Origin: Vitrella brassicaformis CCMP3155
Lineage: Eukaryota; Protista; Chromerida
Assembly (NCBI GenBank): GCA_001179505.1
Contig: CDMY01000926.1
Location: forward strand, 1-10,295
DNA length: 10,295 nt
Reading direction: 5' to 3'
This document shows positions 1 to 8,280 of this stretch, piece by piece. Under the pieces are notes generated by a model. That model was not told the origin of the DNA. It did not search any database and was given only the letters and a program-made list of their open reading frames with translations. The position numbers and the translations under genes were made by a program. Position 1 is the stretch's first letter. Every line of letters starts with the position of its first letter.

Positions 1-557
1 GTCCTTCTTTCGCGCACACGGCCTTGACTCTTGAGCACGAAGAGGCCGACGCTGTGCATGATCCCCGCTGCGCATCAGCAGAGATGTGCAACTCGGAATG
101 TGTGGCAGTGCTGCCTGCAGACAGCAGAATCTCAACTGCAAATAGCAGGGCCCGGTGGGTCAACGCTTCTGGAAAGCTGGAGATCTGCAGTGAGTGTTCG
201 TGCTCTCTCTTACGTGATAGTGAGAGGGGTGGGCTGCGTGCGAAGAGGGGTGTTGAGGAAATGATACGCCCGCAGCTCGCAAGAGCTAAGAGGAAGTCGT
301 ACCCTAGCCCAGACAAATTAAAAGTGCCGCGTACACCCGAGGGTTTGGAGCTAGGAACCCTATACGATCGCCTCACACACACCTGGCGTCTTCGGACGTG
401 TTTGTGCTGTTTGTCAAGCCTGGCTCTTAACTCTTGACCCGCTGAAGCTACTCACGTTTCTTCAACACTCATGACGGATGAGGTAAATATAAACACAAAA
501 GCTCGCAAATCACGTTGTCTGTGGTATCCTTATCCCAGCGGTGATATGTGTATGGGC

Positions 558-890
558 GTGCACTGGGGGGGTCTACGGGTCGGCCGCCTGCCGCCCCTCT
601 CCGCCATGGGGAGTGGGGCGGCGGCGCGCTCTCATACACCCCCAGCACTCTGTGCGTGGTTGTTATAAGGGCGTGTTTGTGTGTGACTGGGCGATCTGCA
701 CTGGCTGGCCACCTGGGGATGGGCGGTATCTACGTATACCTCTCCCGTCGGCTCTTCCGGCGGAAGAGCCGACGGGAGAGGTGGGTGGGTGTTTCTCTGT
801 AGGGTGGCCGGCTATATTGACCATGTATGGGTGATGTGAGACATCCATGGCCGGCCACCTCGTGGCCAGTCAGGCCAGGATCACGGCCGT
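558..890. other. GC-rich self-complementary island (several nested stem-loops), function unknown
   Basis: Stems read by eye: 590-597/615-622 (gccgcccc/ggggcggc); 563-569/639-645 (ctggggg/cccccag); 701-712/862-873 (12 bp, one G.T); 738-758/762-782 (perfect); 803-812/850-859 (ggtggccggc/gccggccacc, perfect); 833-837/841-845. Confidence 0.7.
738..782. repeat. Perfect inverted repeat (45-bp palindrome, 21-bp arms, 3-nt centre)
   Basis: acctctcccgtcggctcttcc-ggc-ggaagagccgacgggagaggt. The arms are exact reverse complements. Confidence 0.97.
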
Positions 891-932
891 CTCCCAAGCG
901 AAGCAACCGAGGAGCGTTGTCTGTAGTGATGC

Positions 933-980
933 AGTGATTCACTGAATGAATGAATGGAATCAATTCATTGATTGACTGAC
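933..980. repeat. Degenerate tetranucleotide simple repeats (TGAA/TGAT/TGAC)
   Basis: ctgaatgaatgaatggaatcaattcattgattgactgac. Confidence 0.7.
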
Positions 981-993
981 AAGCAAGCACACT

Positions 994-1021
994 TATGTAA
1001 CTCGACTTGTGTAACTCGACT
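994..1021 (+). repeat. 14-bp tandem duplication
   Basis: tatgtaactcgact followed by tgtgtaactcgact (one mismatch). Confidence 0.9.
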
Positions 1022-1465
1022 GATGGAATGGCGAAGTGTTTTGTGCTCGCGTCTTTTTTTCTTTCGCAGAAGGACTTCACTGCAAGAAGTGTGTTTTATC
1101 ATGAGAAAAAGTCCGTCTCACGTGATAATGAATTCAGTCAGGAGCACACTGTTGTGTGCGTTGACATGGGCTGGCGGAGGCACCGCAGCATACACGCCGT
1201 GTTGCGTCGTTCGTCGCTGTCGTTGCCCGCTCGCTTGCGGGTTCAGGGATCGCGTGGGGGCGAGCTGCGGGCGTCTTGCTTCTGCGTGGCTGGATCAGCT
1301 TATCGCTTTTCTCCCACCCTCCCAGCCCGGCAGCGCCCCCTGTGTTGTCCCACGACACGCAGGTGCCCGGGAGGCGACTATCCGTCGTCTCTCGCTGCGC
1401 GGTGGCGGCACGCGCCATTCTTGCGCCGGTTGTCTATGTCAGGTGCGGAGGTTGCTGGAGCCAGG

Positions 1466-1632
1466 CGATGAAGCTTCCACTAGACACCATTACTTTGTCG
1501 CTCGTCGTGAGCAATTCTCTTTTATAGCTCTACACACTAGCCCGGGTTTTGTTCAGAGGGATGCTGATTGTTCATGGAACTCTCCGCCTGCAGTCATCAA
1601 CCACACGGCGGACAAAATTTTGAGCTTGCAGT
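1466..1632 (+). pseudogene. Possible copia aspartic protease remnant
   Basis: Frame-broken peptides DEASTRHHYFVARREQFS...GFVQ and LIVHGTLRLQSSTTRRTK loosely resemble copia D(S/T)GASxH...F and VxGxGxVxL. They lie in the expected position upstream of integrase. The similarity is weak. Confidence 0.3.
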
Positions 1633-2005
1633 ATCGAGGAGAAACGCATGGGGTTTCTCATGCCTTTTCGGGTTTTTTCACACGTCAGCCTCTGTTCGTC
1701 TCGATCTTCCCCCTCCCCCCCATCATTTGTCAGCAAAAAGCCCTGCCACTTGGGACGTGCGCGACACCGACGTGCGTGACACCAAAATAAAAAAGGCAGG
1801 CACAGGGCGTGGCAGGCAGGAAAGGGCGATTGGAAGGGAGGCGTGAAGAGAAGCATGAAGGGAGACAGACTGGGATAGAGGGAGGGACGGCCAAGGAAGA
1901 CACAATATGAATGCTACACCGGTGAAGGCACAAGAAAGCTGACGACGTGTTAAAAAAAACTATGGCGCGACACAAGCAAGGGCGAGGAGCGGCGGACCGG
2001 CAACA
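1633..2005 (+). repeat. Dispersed non-coding repeat, copy A (inverted relative to 8281-8620)
   Basis: Aligns by eye with the reverse complement of 8281-8620. The first 29 bp (atcgaggagaaacgcatggggtttctcat) are identical. It has a private 15-bp tandem duplication at 1754-1783 and an extra ~35-bp segment near 1924-1959. Confidence 0.92.
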
Positions 2006-2860
2006 CAAGCGACTAGCACGCCTCAATCACCGTGACATGGATCTGCTGAGAAAAGACCTCGGTGAAGGGCTGCGTGTGTTCGACATCCCTCCATCCGACT
2101 GCAAATCCGTTGGGTGCCAGAAGGGTAAAATGACAGAGAATCCGCACAATGAACCACGCACTGGGGCGACACGCAAGCGTCAACTAGTGCATTGCGACAT
2201 CTCCGGACCACATCGAAGGTCGGTTCTCGATGGCTATCAATACTATATGGTCTTCGTGGACGAGTACTCTCGTCGTGTCCCTGTGATCTCTCTCAAGCGT
2301 CGATGCGATGCAGGCACAGGCCTGAAACGATACATCGCGAAGGTCAGACACATCGAAGAGCTGAGATGTGACTGAGCCAAAGAGCTGGTAAAAGGCAATC
2401 TGCTGCATGCTGCCGCCCAGTTCGGAATCGCCAAGCAATTCAGCGTCCCGCACGTCCATGAGCAGAATGGCGTGGCTGAGAGGATGATACAGACGCTGAA
2501 CAACACGGCAACATCGATGCTCGTAACGGCGAATCTGCCGAGGGGCTTCTGGCCGTGGGCTGTGCAAGCAGCCGCCTATGTGCGCAATCGCTGTCCCTGC
2601 AGAAGCAACAAAGGGAATAAAACACCATATGAGATGTAAAAGGACTTCAAACCTGACCAGCGCAAACTGCGTGTGTTTGGATGTTTAGCCTACCCGTTTG
2701 TGCGGAAGCATCAGCGAGCCACGAAGTTCAGTCCCAAGTGTGACGCAGCGATCTTCGTTGCTTATCATCCACAGATGAAAAGACGGATACCTCTTCTGGA
2801 TACCGTCGAAAAGACAAATAAAGGTCACAAACACAGCCACCTTCTTTGCACATGTTCAAT
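2005..2860 (+). pseudogene. Copia GAG-pre-integrase + integrase (HHCC, DDE), disrupted
   Basis: HKRLARLNH...CKSVGCQKGK, LVHCDISGP, MVFVDEYSR, ELRCD*, EQNGVAERM, FWPWAVQAAAYVRNRCP, KTPYEM*, LRVFGCLAY, then a frameshift to DGYLFWIP. In-frame stops at 2373-2375 and 2637-2639. Confidence 0.95.
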
Positions 2861-3100
2861 CTACAGAAGGATGTCAATCCATACTTCCTACCGGTTCGAG
2901 AGGGGGAAGGAAATGGCGACACACATGGGCAGGACGCTCACGAAACGCCAGACGCCCAAGGAGCACAAGACGCTCAACCGCAAGACCAGCAGCCCATCGA
3001 TGAAGACGCCTTTGACGCACCGCAACTGCCACAACTAGCCCCTGAAGGGCCACTCATGCAGGGAGCTGACGAGCACGAACTCGATCAAGCACCACATCCC

Positions 3101-3118
3101 CATGAGAGTCATGAGAGT
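3101..3118 (+). repeat. 9-bp tandem duplication in the IN-RT linker
   Basis: catgagagt catgagagt. Confidence 0.85.
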
Positions 3119-3524
3119 GAGCAGATGGACGGTCAGGCGCACGATGAGGGCATGCACACGGGTTTGAACCAACGACTTGGCTGTTGATGTGGAAGGAAAT
3201 CTAATCAACAAAGACCCAGAAGGTCCTCGTAGATCTGGTTGTAAGCGCCAATGGAAGACACAAATTGGACGCGACTTCATTTCTGCCCATGCGGACCCTG
3301 AAAGCGAACGGCAGAGAGATCGGTGCTCAAAGAGCGCATCTGGTGCCTCTTCGGTGTCGTTGAGGAAGCGGTCGACACATGGACCACTCAATACGCCCAT
3401 GGGCCTGCACGCAAACAAAGACGCAAAGGCAAAGACATGTGCTTTCTGTCTGGCAAAATCAACGAGAGAGCGGTTGCCTACGTTACAGATGATGACGACG
3501 GCGTGTATCTCTTCATTGGTTGGA

Positions 3525-4600
3525 GATGAGCCGCGAACGCACAAAGAGGCCATGACCTGCAAAGACAGGAAGGAATGGCAGAAAGCAAGCGACAAAGAAA
3601 TGACATCGATGGATGAGAAAGGTGTCTATGTGTACGTACCACATTCACAAGCAACGGGGAAGATACTGCCCGGCAAGTGGGTCTTCAAGGCACGTATCGT
3701 GATCAAGGGATACGCACAAGACCCAAAGGAAGTCACACAGACCTTCTCACCCACACTGTCGCAAGTCGCTATGCGTGTCTTCCTTGTCTTGGTTCTCTTA
3801 GCTGGTAGTCGCTGCATTAATGCGATGTTAATGTGGCGTTCCTCAACTCCCCTCTAGACCGACGTGTCTTCATGAACTGCCCTGACGGATACGAGAAGCC
3901 CGGCATGGTGTGGATGCTTAAGAAAGCTCTCTACGGTCTCAAAGAAGCACCGAGGGCCTAGCACGTGACTCTGGTCGACTACCTGAGAAGCATCGGATTC
4001 ACACAGAGCAGCGTCGACGTCGACTCGTGCATCTTCACAGATGACGAGAGGGGCTTATGGGTGGTGGTTGTTGTAGACAACATGCTCTACTCACCTGCAG
4101 TGGGCCGAGAGGCTGACGCCGAGTGGTTCAAGCAACAGATGCACGGCAAGTTCGGCATCAAGGACCTCGGACATCCCGATAGGTTCCTGGGCATGAAGGT
4201 CACCTACGACAAAGAAGAAGGCATCCTGGCACTCTCACAAGAGGAGTACGTGCAGAAGCTCATCGAGAGGTTCAACGTGTGTGATCGAAGGGAACAGATA
4301 CCTTGTCAAGGTGCGAAGACGCCCTTGCCGTCTGGTGTCAAGCTCTCCAAAACGATGGAACCTACAACAAAGGAGCAGCACGACCACATGAGCAAAGTGC
4401 CATATCGCGACGCCGTCGGCAGCTTACTGTACTCCACAGTGACGCTCAGACCCGACATCGCCTACGCAGTCAAGGACTGCGCCATGTGCTACAACTGTGC
4501 CGGCAAGCGCCATTGGGAAGCTGTCAAGCGCATCATCCGGTACCTCAGGGAGACAGCGACAAGAGCGTTGACCTTCAGAAGACCAGCAGACAAGAGCGTG
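3525..4600 (+). pseudogene. Copia reverse transcriptase (RVT_2 type), disrupted
   Basis: DEPRTHKEAM..EWQKASDKEM, GKWVFK|ARIVIKGYAQ, TFSP, a frameshift to DVNVAFLN, LKKALYGLKEAPRA*H (TAG 3959-3961), catalytic YVDD read as VVDN (4070-4081), DLG...FLGM, LSQEEYVQKLIERF, PYRDAVGSLLY, RPDIAYAV, HWEAVKRIIRYL. Confidence 0.96.
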
Positions 4601-4995
4601 AAGATCCTCGCCTACGCTGATTCCAGCCATGCTGACCTGGAGAATGGCAGGAGCACGGGAGGCTACGTGATCTACCTGTGCGGCAATCCCGTCGCCTGGC
4701 GGTGCAAGAACCAGCCAATCGTCGCGGCGAGTGTGCATGTGAGATTGTTCATATCCAGCAGCAGGCATTCAGCACCGACTCGGAGAGAACGACAATCCTG
4801 GTGGACAACAGAGGAGCACAGTCAGTCTCCTACAACACAGAGATGTCTGATAGGACCAAGGCCATCCGTGTCAGGTATCACCTGGTGCGTGAGAAGGTCG
4901 AGGCGGGCGAAGTGGAGGTTGGTTGGATCCCATCCGCTGAGAATGTGGCAGATGTGCTCACAAGAACCTGCCTGCAAGCAAGCACACACCAGTGA
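4601..4995 (+). pseudogene. Copia RNase H, with internal deletion/frameshift
   Basis: AYADSSHAD...RSTGGYV...PVAWRCKNQPIVAAS. The SxxEAEY segment is missing. Then a second frame reads ILVDNRGA...RTKAIRVRYHLVREKV...WIPSAENVADVLT. Confidence 0.94.
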
Positions 4996-5010
4996 CAATC
5001 TGTCACTGGT
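4988..5010. repeat. Perfect 10-bp stem-loop at the end of pol
   Basis: accagtgaca-atc-tgtcactggt. Confidence 0.9.
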
Positions 5011-5076
5011 CACGCAAGAGTTCCTCTTACCGAAGGATGGATGTGAAATCTGATGAGGAATCCGATATGGATACAT

Positions 5077-5085
5077 GAGGGGAGG
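5077..5085 (+). promoter_or_regulatory. Candidate polypurine tract (PPT) of the copia element
   Basis: gaggggagg lies ~80 bp after RNase H, where a PPT is expected. It is not followed by a TG-initiated LTR. Confidence 0.3.
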
Positions 5086-5145
5086 CAGCAGGTCACCCCC
5101 CTGAAGCCACTACGTCGGGGAGCATCTGCCGATAGAAAAGTAGTG

Positions 5146-6345
5146 TTAGTTTGCGCGAAAAAACGCGTCCTCAGGCATTACCCGCATGAAGAAATCCCAC
5201 TCGGCCTGCAGAGACGTTGTGAGTGCTGTGTGGGCTGCCTGCGGGTACTTGGCCGCTGCGTCCGCCATCCGGTTGACACACCGCTGCCACTCCTGCACCC
5301 TCTCGGCGGCGTAGGCCCGCTTGCCCTCCGCGGTCCCCACAAACCCCCCCATATATCGAGCACCACTCACAATCTCCACGTCGGTATCGCCAAACACCTC
5401 CCGCGCCCGCTCCTTGCAACCCGCCCGCACCACCAGCTTGGTCTTCTTGGCGTTGGGGTGGTAGCCCCTCAGTGGCCCTCTTCGCTGCAGCTCATCCCAC
5501 CACTCGCGCACCGGCTGGAGGCCTCCCACCTTGGCGGAGACGTCGGCAAACCATGCCTGAGGGCCCTCATCTGCTGGCCGCTTCATCTCCCACACGAGCG
5601 GAAGGGTGGCCACAGAGTAGAAGAGGGAGGCCAAGGGGTCGCCTTATGTGGTCCCTTCTCGGCTCCACAGTGGCGCGGATTGGTCGCACATGTAGAAGGC
5701 CGCATGGCCGCGATAGGTGTTGAACAGGAAGCGAGAGCACCGCGGCCACAGAATGCGGACGTTCCACAGGGCGGCAGGGCGATTCATCGTGTTGAAGGCG
5801 TTCGTCGCATCCACCAGGATCGCGCACTCCACGCCACCCAGTCGAACTCGCCGGACACCGCATGAATGGCACCCTCCACGCCCCCCTTGAGCCCGGCACA
5901 CAGCTGGTCCCACCGCACACAATCTCCGCATCCACCCCGACTGCCTTGGCCATCGCCTTGCCCATGATGTGCATCAGGACCTCCCCGATACCGATCGGCC
6001 GCACACCCGGTTGCTTGTCCAGACCGATAAGCCGACATGCGCGCAGGGCCTGCAGCCGCTCCCAGGGCACGTCCTCGTTAGCGATGTGGAGGCCATGGCC
6101 GCTAACACACTGCGCAGCTCCGCACTTGCCGCGCCACCCTTGAGAAGAAGTTGCTTCCACACCGATGACTCGCCACCAACTGGTCCGGCGCCTCCCTTCG
6201 TTGCCCGTGCCGCCCGCTCGATGTGGTTGGGGGTGATCTCGACCTGGGTGAGCAGACGGAGGGGACGGTCGAGGAAGCAGGACGGGTCAGGGTCACTCTG
6301 GGCAGGGTCCTTCGACTCGAGGACCTCCCGAACGGTGCGGCCCAC
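5146..6345 (-). pseudogene. Non-LTR (CRE-like) reverse transcriptase, disrupted
   Basis: RT motifs RPIGIGE, DxxNAFN, QGDP (here *GDP) and YADD (here FADV, 5539-5550). Frameshifts near 6407, 6090, 5910 and 5850. Confidence 0.93.
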
Positions 6346-6950
6346 AGGGTCGGCCTCAGCCAGGTCGTTGGGGTCCAGGGTGCCTCCCCCTCCCCGCTCG
6401 GTCAGGAACGGACGGCCTGCCTGACCTTGTCCTTGTCGACCAGGCGACGGAATTGGCGCAGAGTGGCCTCGTTGGCGTCGTCCTTGCCGACAGGCCTGGT
6501 GGCCAGGAGGGCGTTGTTCCGCTCAGCCTCCTGCACGAGCTGCTCGAAGTCGCCCTTCTCCCATTGGTCCATCCGCCGCTCCACCGTCTTGGCGATGTCC
6601 TTGCTGCCAGTGACATCTGGCGCCCGATAGAGAATCGTGCACGCGCAGATGAGGATGCGCTCAGTCGCCAGCTGCTCCTCACGCCAGCGACGAGCCTCGG
6701 TGGCGAGCAGCCGGGCCATCCGCTTCGTCGAAGCACCCGGTGGATCCCAAAGGCACCCTCGCAGCGGGCCGAGGCGGGCGTGCCAGCCCTGCCAGTCGGT
6801 GTCCATGAGGCCGCTCTGCTAATTGAAGTCGGTGGCTCCGAAGGCCTCGTGCATCTTCTCCTGGACGAAAGAAGACGTCGGAGGGCCAGCAGGGGGAGCG
6901 AGGGGTATGCCAGGAGGCGGGCGGTGGGGAGGCTCGGCACTGGTGCCGAG

Positions 6951-7007
6951 GCAAACGTAGCAGATGCCCTTGCTCGAGGACGCCGGGCGAATGTGGCAGC
7001 TGGCACA
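6951..7007 (-). other. Putative C4 zinc finger in element 1 N-terminus
   Basis: CASCHIRPASSSKGICYVC = C-x2-C-x11-C-x2-C. Confidence 0.55.
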
Positions 7008-7130
7008 CTGGGGAGGGACATACGACGCGGATCCGCCTCGTAGTGAAGACTCATCCGAGTGGAAGCAACGAGGATGAATAGAGGGGGAGTTCGAATCCTC
7101 GGCAGTGGAGTTATTGTCGTCAGGCTCTCG

Positions 7131-7271
7131 ATTCTCGCATATGCCTAGGTCACAGGAATGGCAGTTGGTGCACTTCTTGCCTTTCTCGAAACAGGGGCAG
7201 CCCAGCTGTTTCCCCTTCCTCTTGCATCTCGATCCAGTGGTCTTGTTCCGGTTCTTGTTGCATGGGCAACA
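7131..7271 (-). other. Tesmin/CRC-like CXC zinc cluster at the N-terminus of element 1
   Basis: C-x-C-x11-C-x8-C-x-C-x6-C-x2-C-x2-C-x4-C-x-N (CPCNKNRNKTTGSRCKRKGKQLGCPCFEKGKKCTNCHSCDLGICEN). Compare the CRC pattern CxCx4Cx4CxCx6Cx3CxCx2CxN. Confidence 0.65.
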
Positions 7272-7658
7272 CCGCACAGGACCAGCGGCTGGCTGCAAGG
7301 GCGAGGCATCGGCTCCCACCACTGCAGAGACCCTCCTGAGACGGCGGGGGCGGATAGGCTGAGTCTGCTGAGACTGGGGTCGATTCTGTACTCATTCTGC
7401 AGAGCTGCCCGAGCTGGATATGATGCTGGCAGGTGTGGCCCGAGCAGCCGTCATAGTAAGGAGAAAAAGGGCTCGGGGCCCTGCGAGCTCAGACAAGTAT
7501 ATAATCATGAGCGTATGCCCGCGTACGCGAGCGAAAAAACGCAGTGAACACCTGGCTGAGGTCAGTGAGAGCGGCCGTCCCGACACGTTTTACAACTGCA
7601 TAAGTGATCTCTCGATCCCGGACATTTTGTAAGGTGTCCCTTTCCGATCGCCTTCCGT

Positions 7659-7685
7659 TACGAGGGGGGAGGGGCCCCCCTCGTA
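7659..7685. repeat. Perfect 11-bp stem-loop upstream of element 1
   Basis: tacgagggggg-agggg-cccccctcgta. Confidence 0.9.
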
Positions 7686-8280
7686 GCCGTTCGTCGACCC
7701 CGTTCGCGGGAGGTTCCATCCACGCCGGTGTTCTCCACTGCAAGGCCACTTGACGCCCTGCTGCTCCCGGGCGGTCTCCCTGATGGAGCGGTGTCCAGTG
7801 GTAGTGTGTGACTGCTTTGAGTTTGAACGACGGACACTATGCAGACCTCCAGAGGGCCTGGGTGGCCACACTGGAGCATGAAATGGCTTTGCCAAACAAC
7901 ATATGCATTGAACACCAGTTCATTCACTTTCATCACCATTCTCTCCTATCTTTCACGTGTTTTCTTTCTGAACTTTTTTCTGGAGGGAAACTACCCATTT
8001 TGAAGCAGAGTGTGGTAAACCCCTATGCTGCTTCAATTCTGGAACATGGGAGAGATGCTGACATCAGCAACGAGGCAATTGCAACGAGGGGAAATGTCCC
8101 TCAGTGTCATGTTTCTTCTGTGTTCACCGTCCGTGTGTCATTTCATGCCACCCTGTAGCAACGGATGGCAATGCAGTGAGTGTATACAGCGTACAGGGCA
8201 TGTTGAGCGGGTCAGCTAAATATGGGTCTGAAGGATAGAAGTGCGAGAGATGTCTGAATTCAAGCGGGGGGCTAAAGGTC

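Larger units (their letters stand above)
1460..5085 (+). mobile_element. Decayed Ty1/copia LTR retrotransposon, internal pol region only
   Basis: Domain order (PR?)-IN-RT-RH is copia-specific. It carries several stops, frameshifts and deletions. No LTR pair or gag was recognised. The left boundary is uncertain. Confidence 0.93.
5120..7395 (-). mobile_element. Decayed CRE-clade (RLE-type) non-LTR retrotransposon, element 1: N-terminus + RT, 3'-truncated
   Basis: Can be stitched across frames: MSTESTPV... (ATG 7395), Cys-rich region, FN*QSGLMDTDW (TAG 6819-6821), [90 protein letters not shown] (TAA 5644-5646), WFADV, GYHPNAKKTKL, YMGGFVG, YPQAAHTALTTSLQAEWDFFMRV. No CCHC/RLE follows. Confidence 0.92.

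Noticed and set aside
522-533. tggtatc as a tRNA-iMet primer-binding site
   Set aside because: The match stops after 7 nt (expected TGGTATCAGAGC), and it is not preceded by an LTR-ending CA.
684-902. HDV-like ribozyme: gcc-acctcgt-ggc resembles P3/L3, atggccg/cggccgt could be P2, and tgactg/cagtca could be P1
   Set aside because: P1 would be 6 bp without the G at the cleavage site. No C-N-A-A J4/2 precedes P2' (the GCGAA at 898-902 is not followed by a P2 partner). A stronger competing fold uses the same bases.
266-1274. 15-bp inverted match acgcccgcagctcgc (266-280) / gcgagctgcgggcgt (1260-1274)
   Set aside because: It is a single GC-rich 15-mer with no extension or TSD, plausible by chance in 10 kb.
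1134-1471. ORFs 972..1790, 1007..1471 and 1134..1418 as copia gag
   Set aside because: No CCHC knuckle or gag-like motif is present, and the longest ORF reads through unrelated repeat sequence.
5050-5140. Hammerhead core CTGATGA
   Set aside because: There is no stem II closed by GAAA at a workable position and no stems I/III.
5053-7362. Long + strand ORFs (5053..5865, 6223..6630, 6453..7043) and 8718..9680
   Set aside because: These are antisense shadows of GC-rich retrotransposon coding frames, with no independent motifs.
7808-8158. ORF with ASILEHGRDADISN resembling an ankyrin repeat
   Set aside because: There is no TPLH-like motif and no repeat periodicity, so the match is too short to support.
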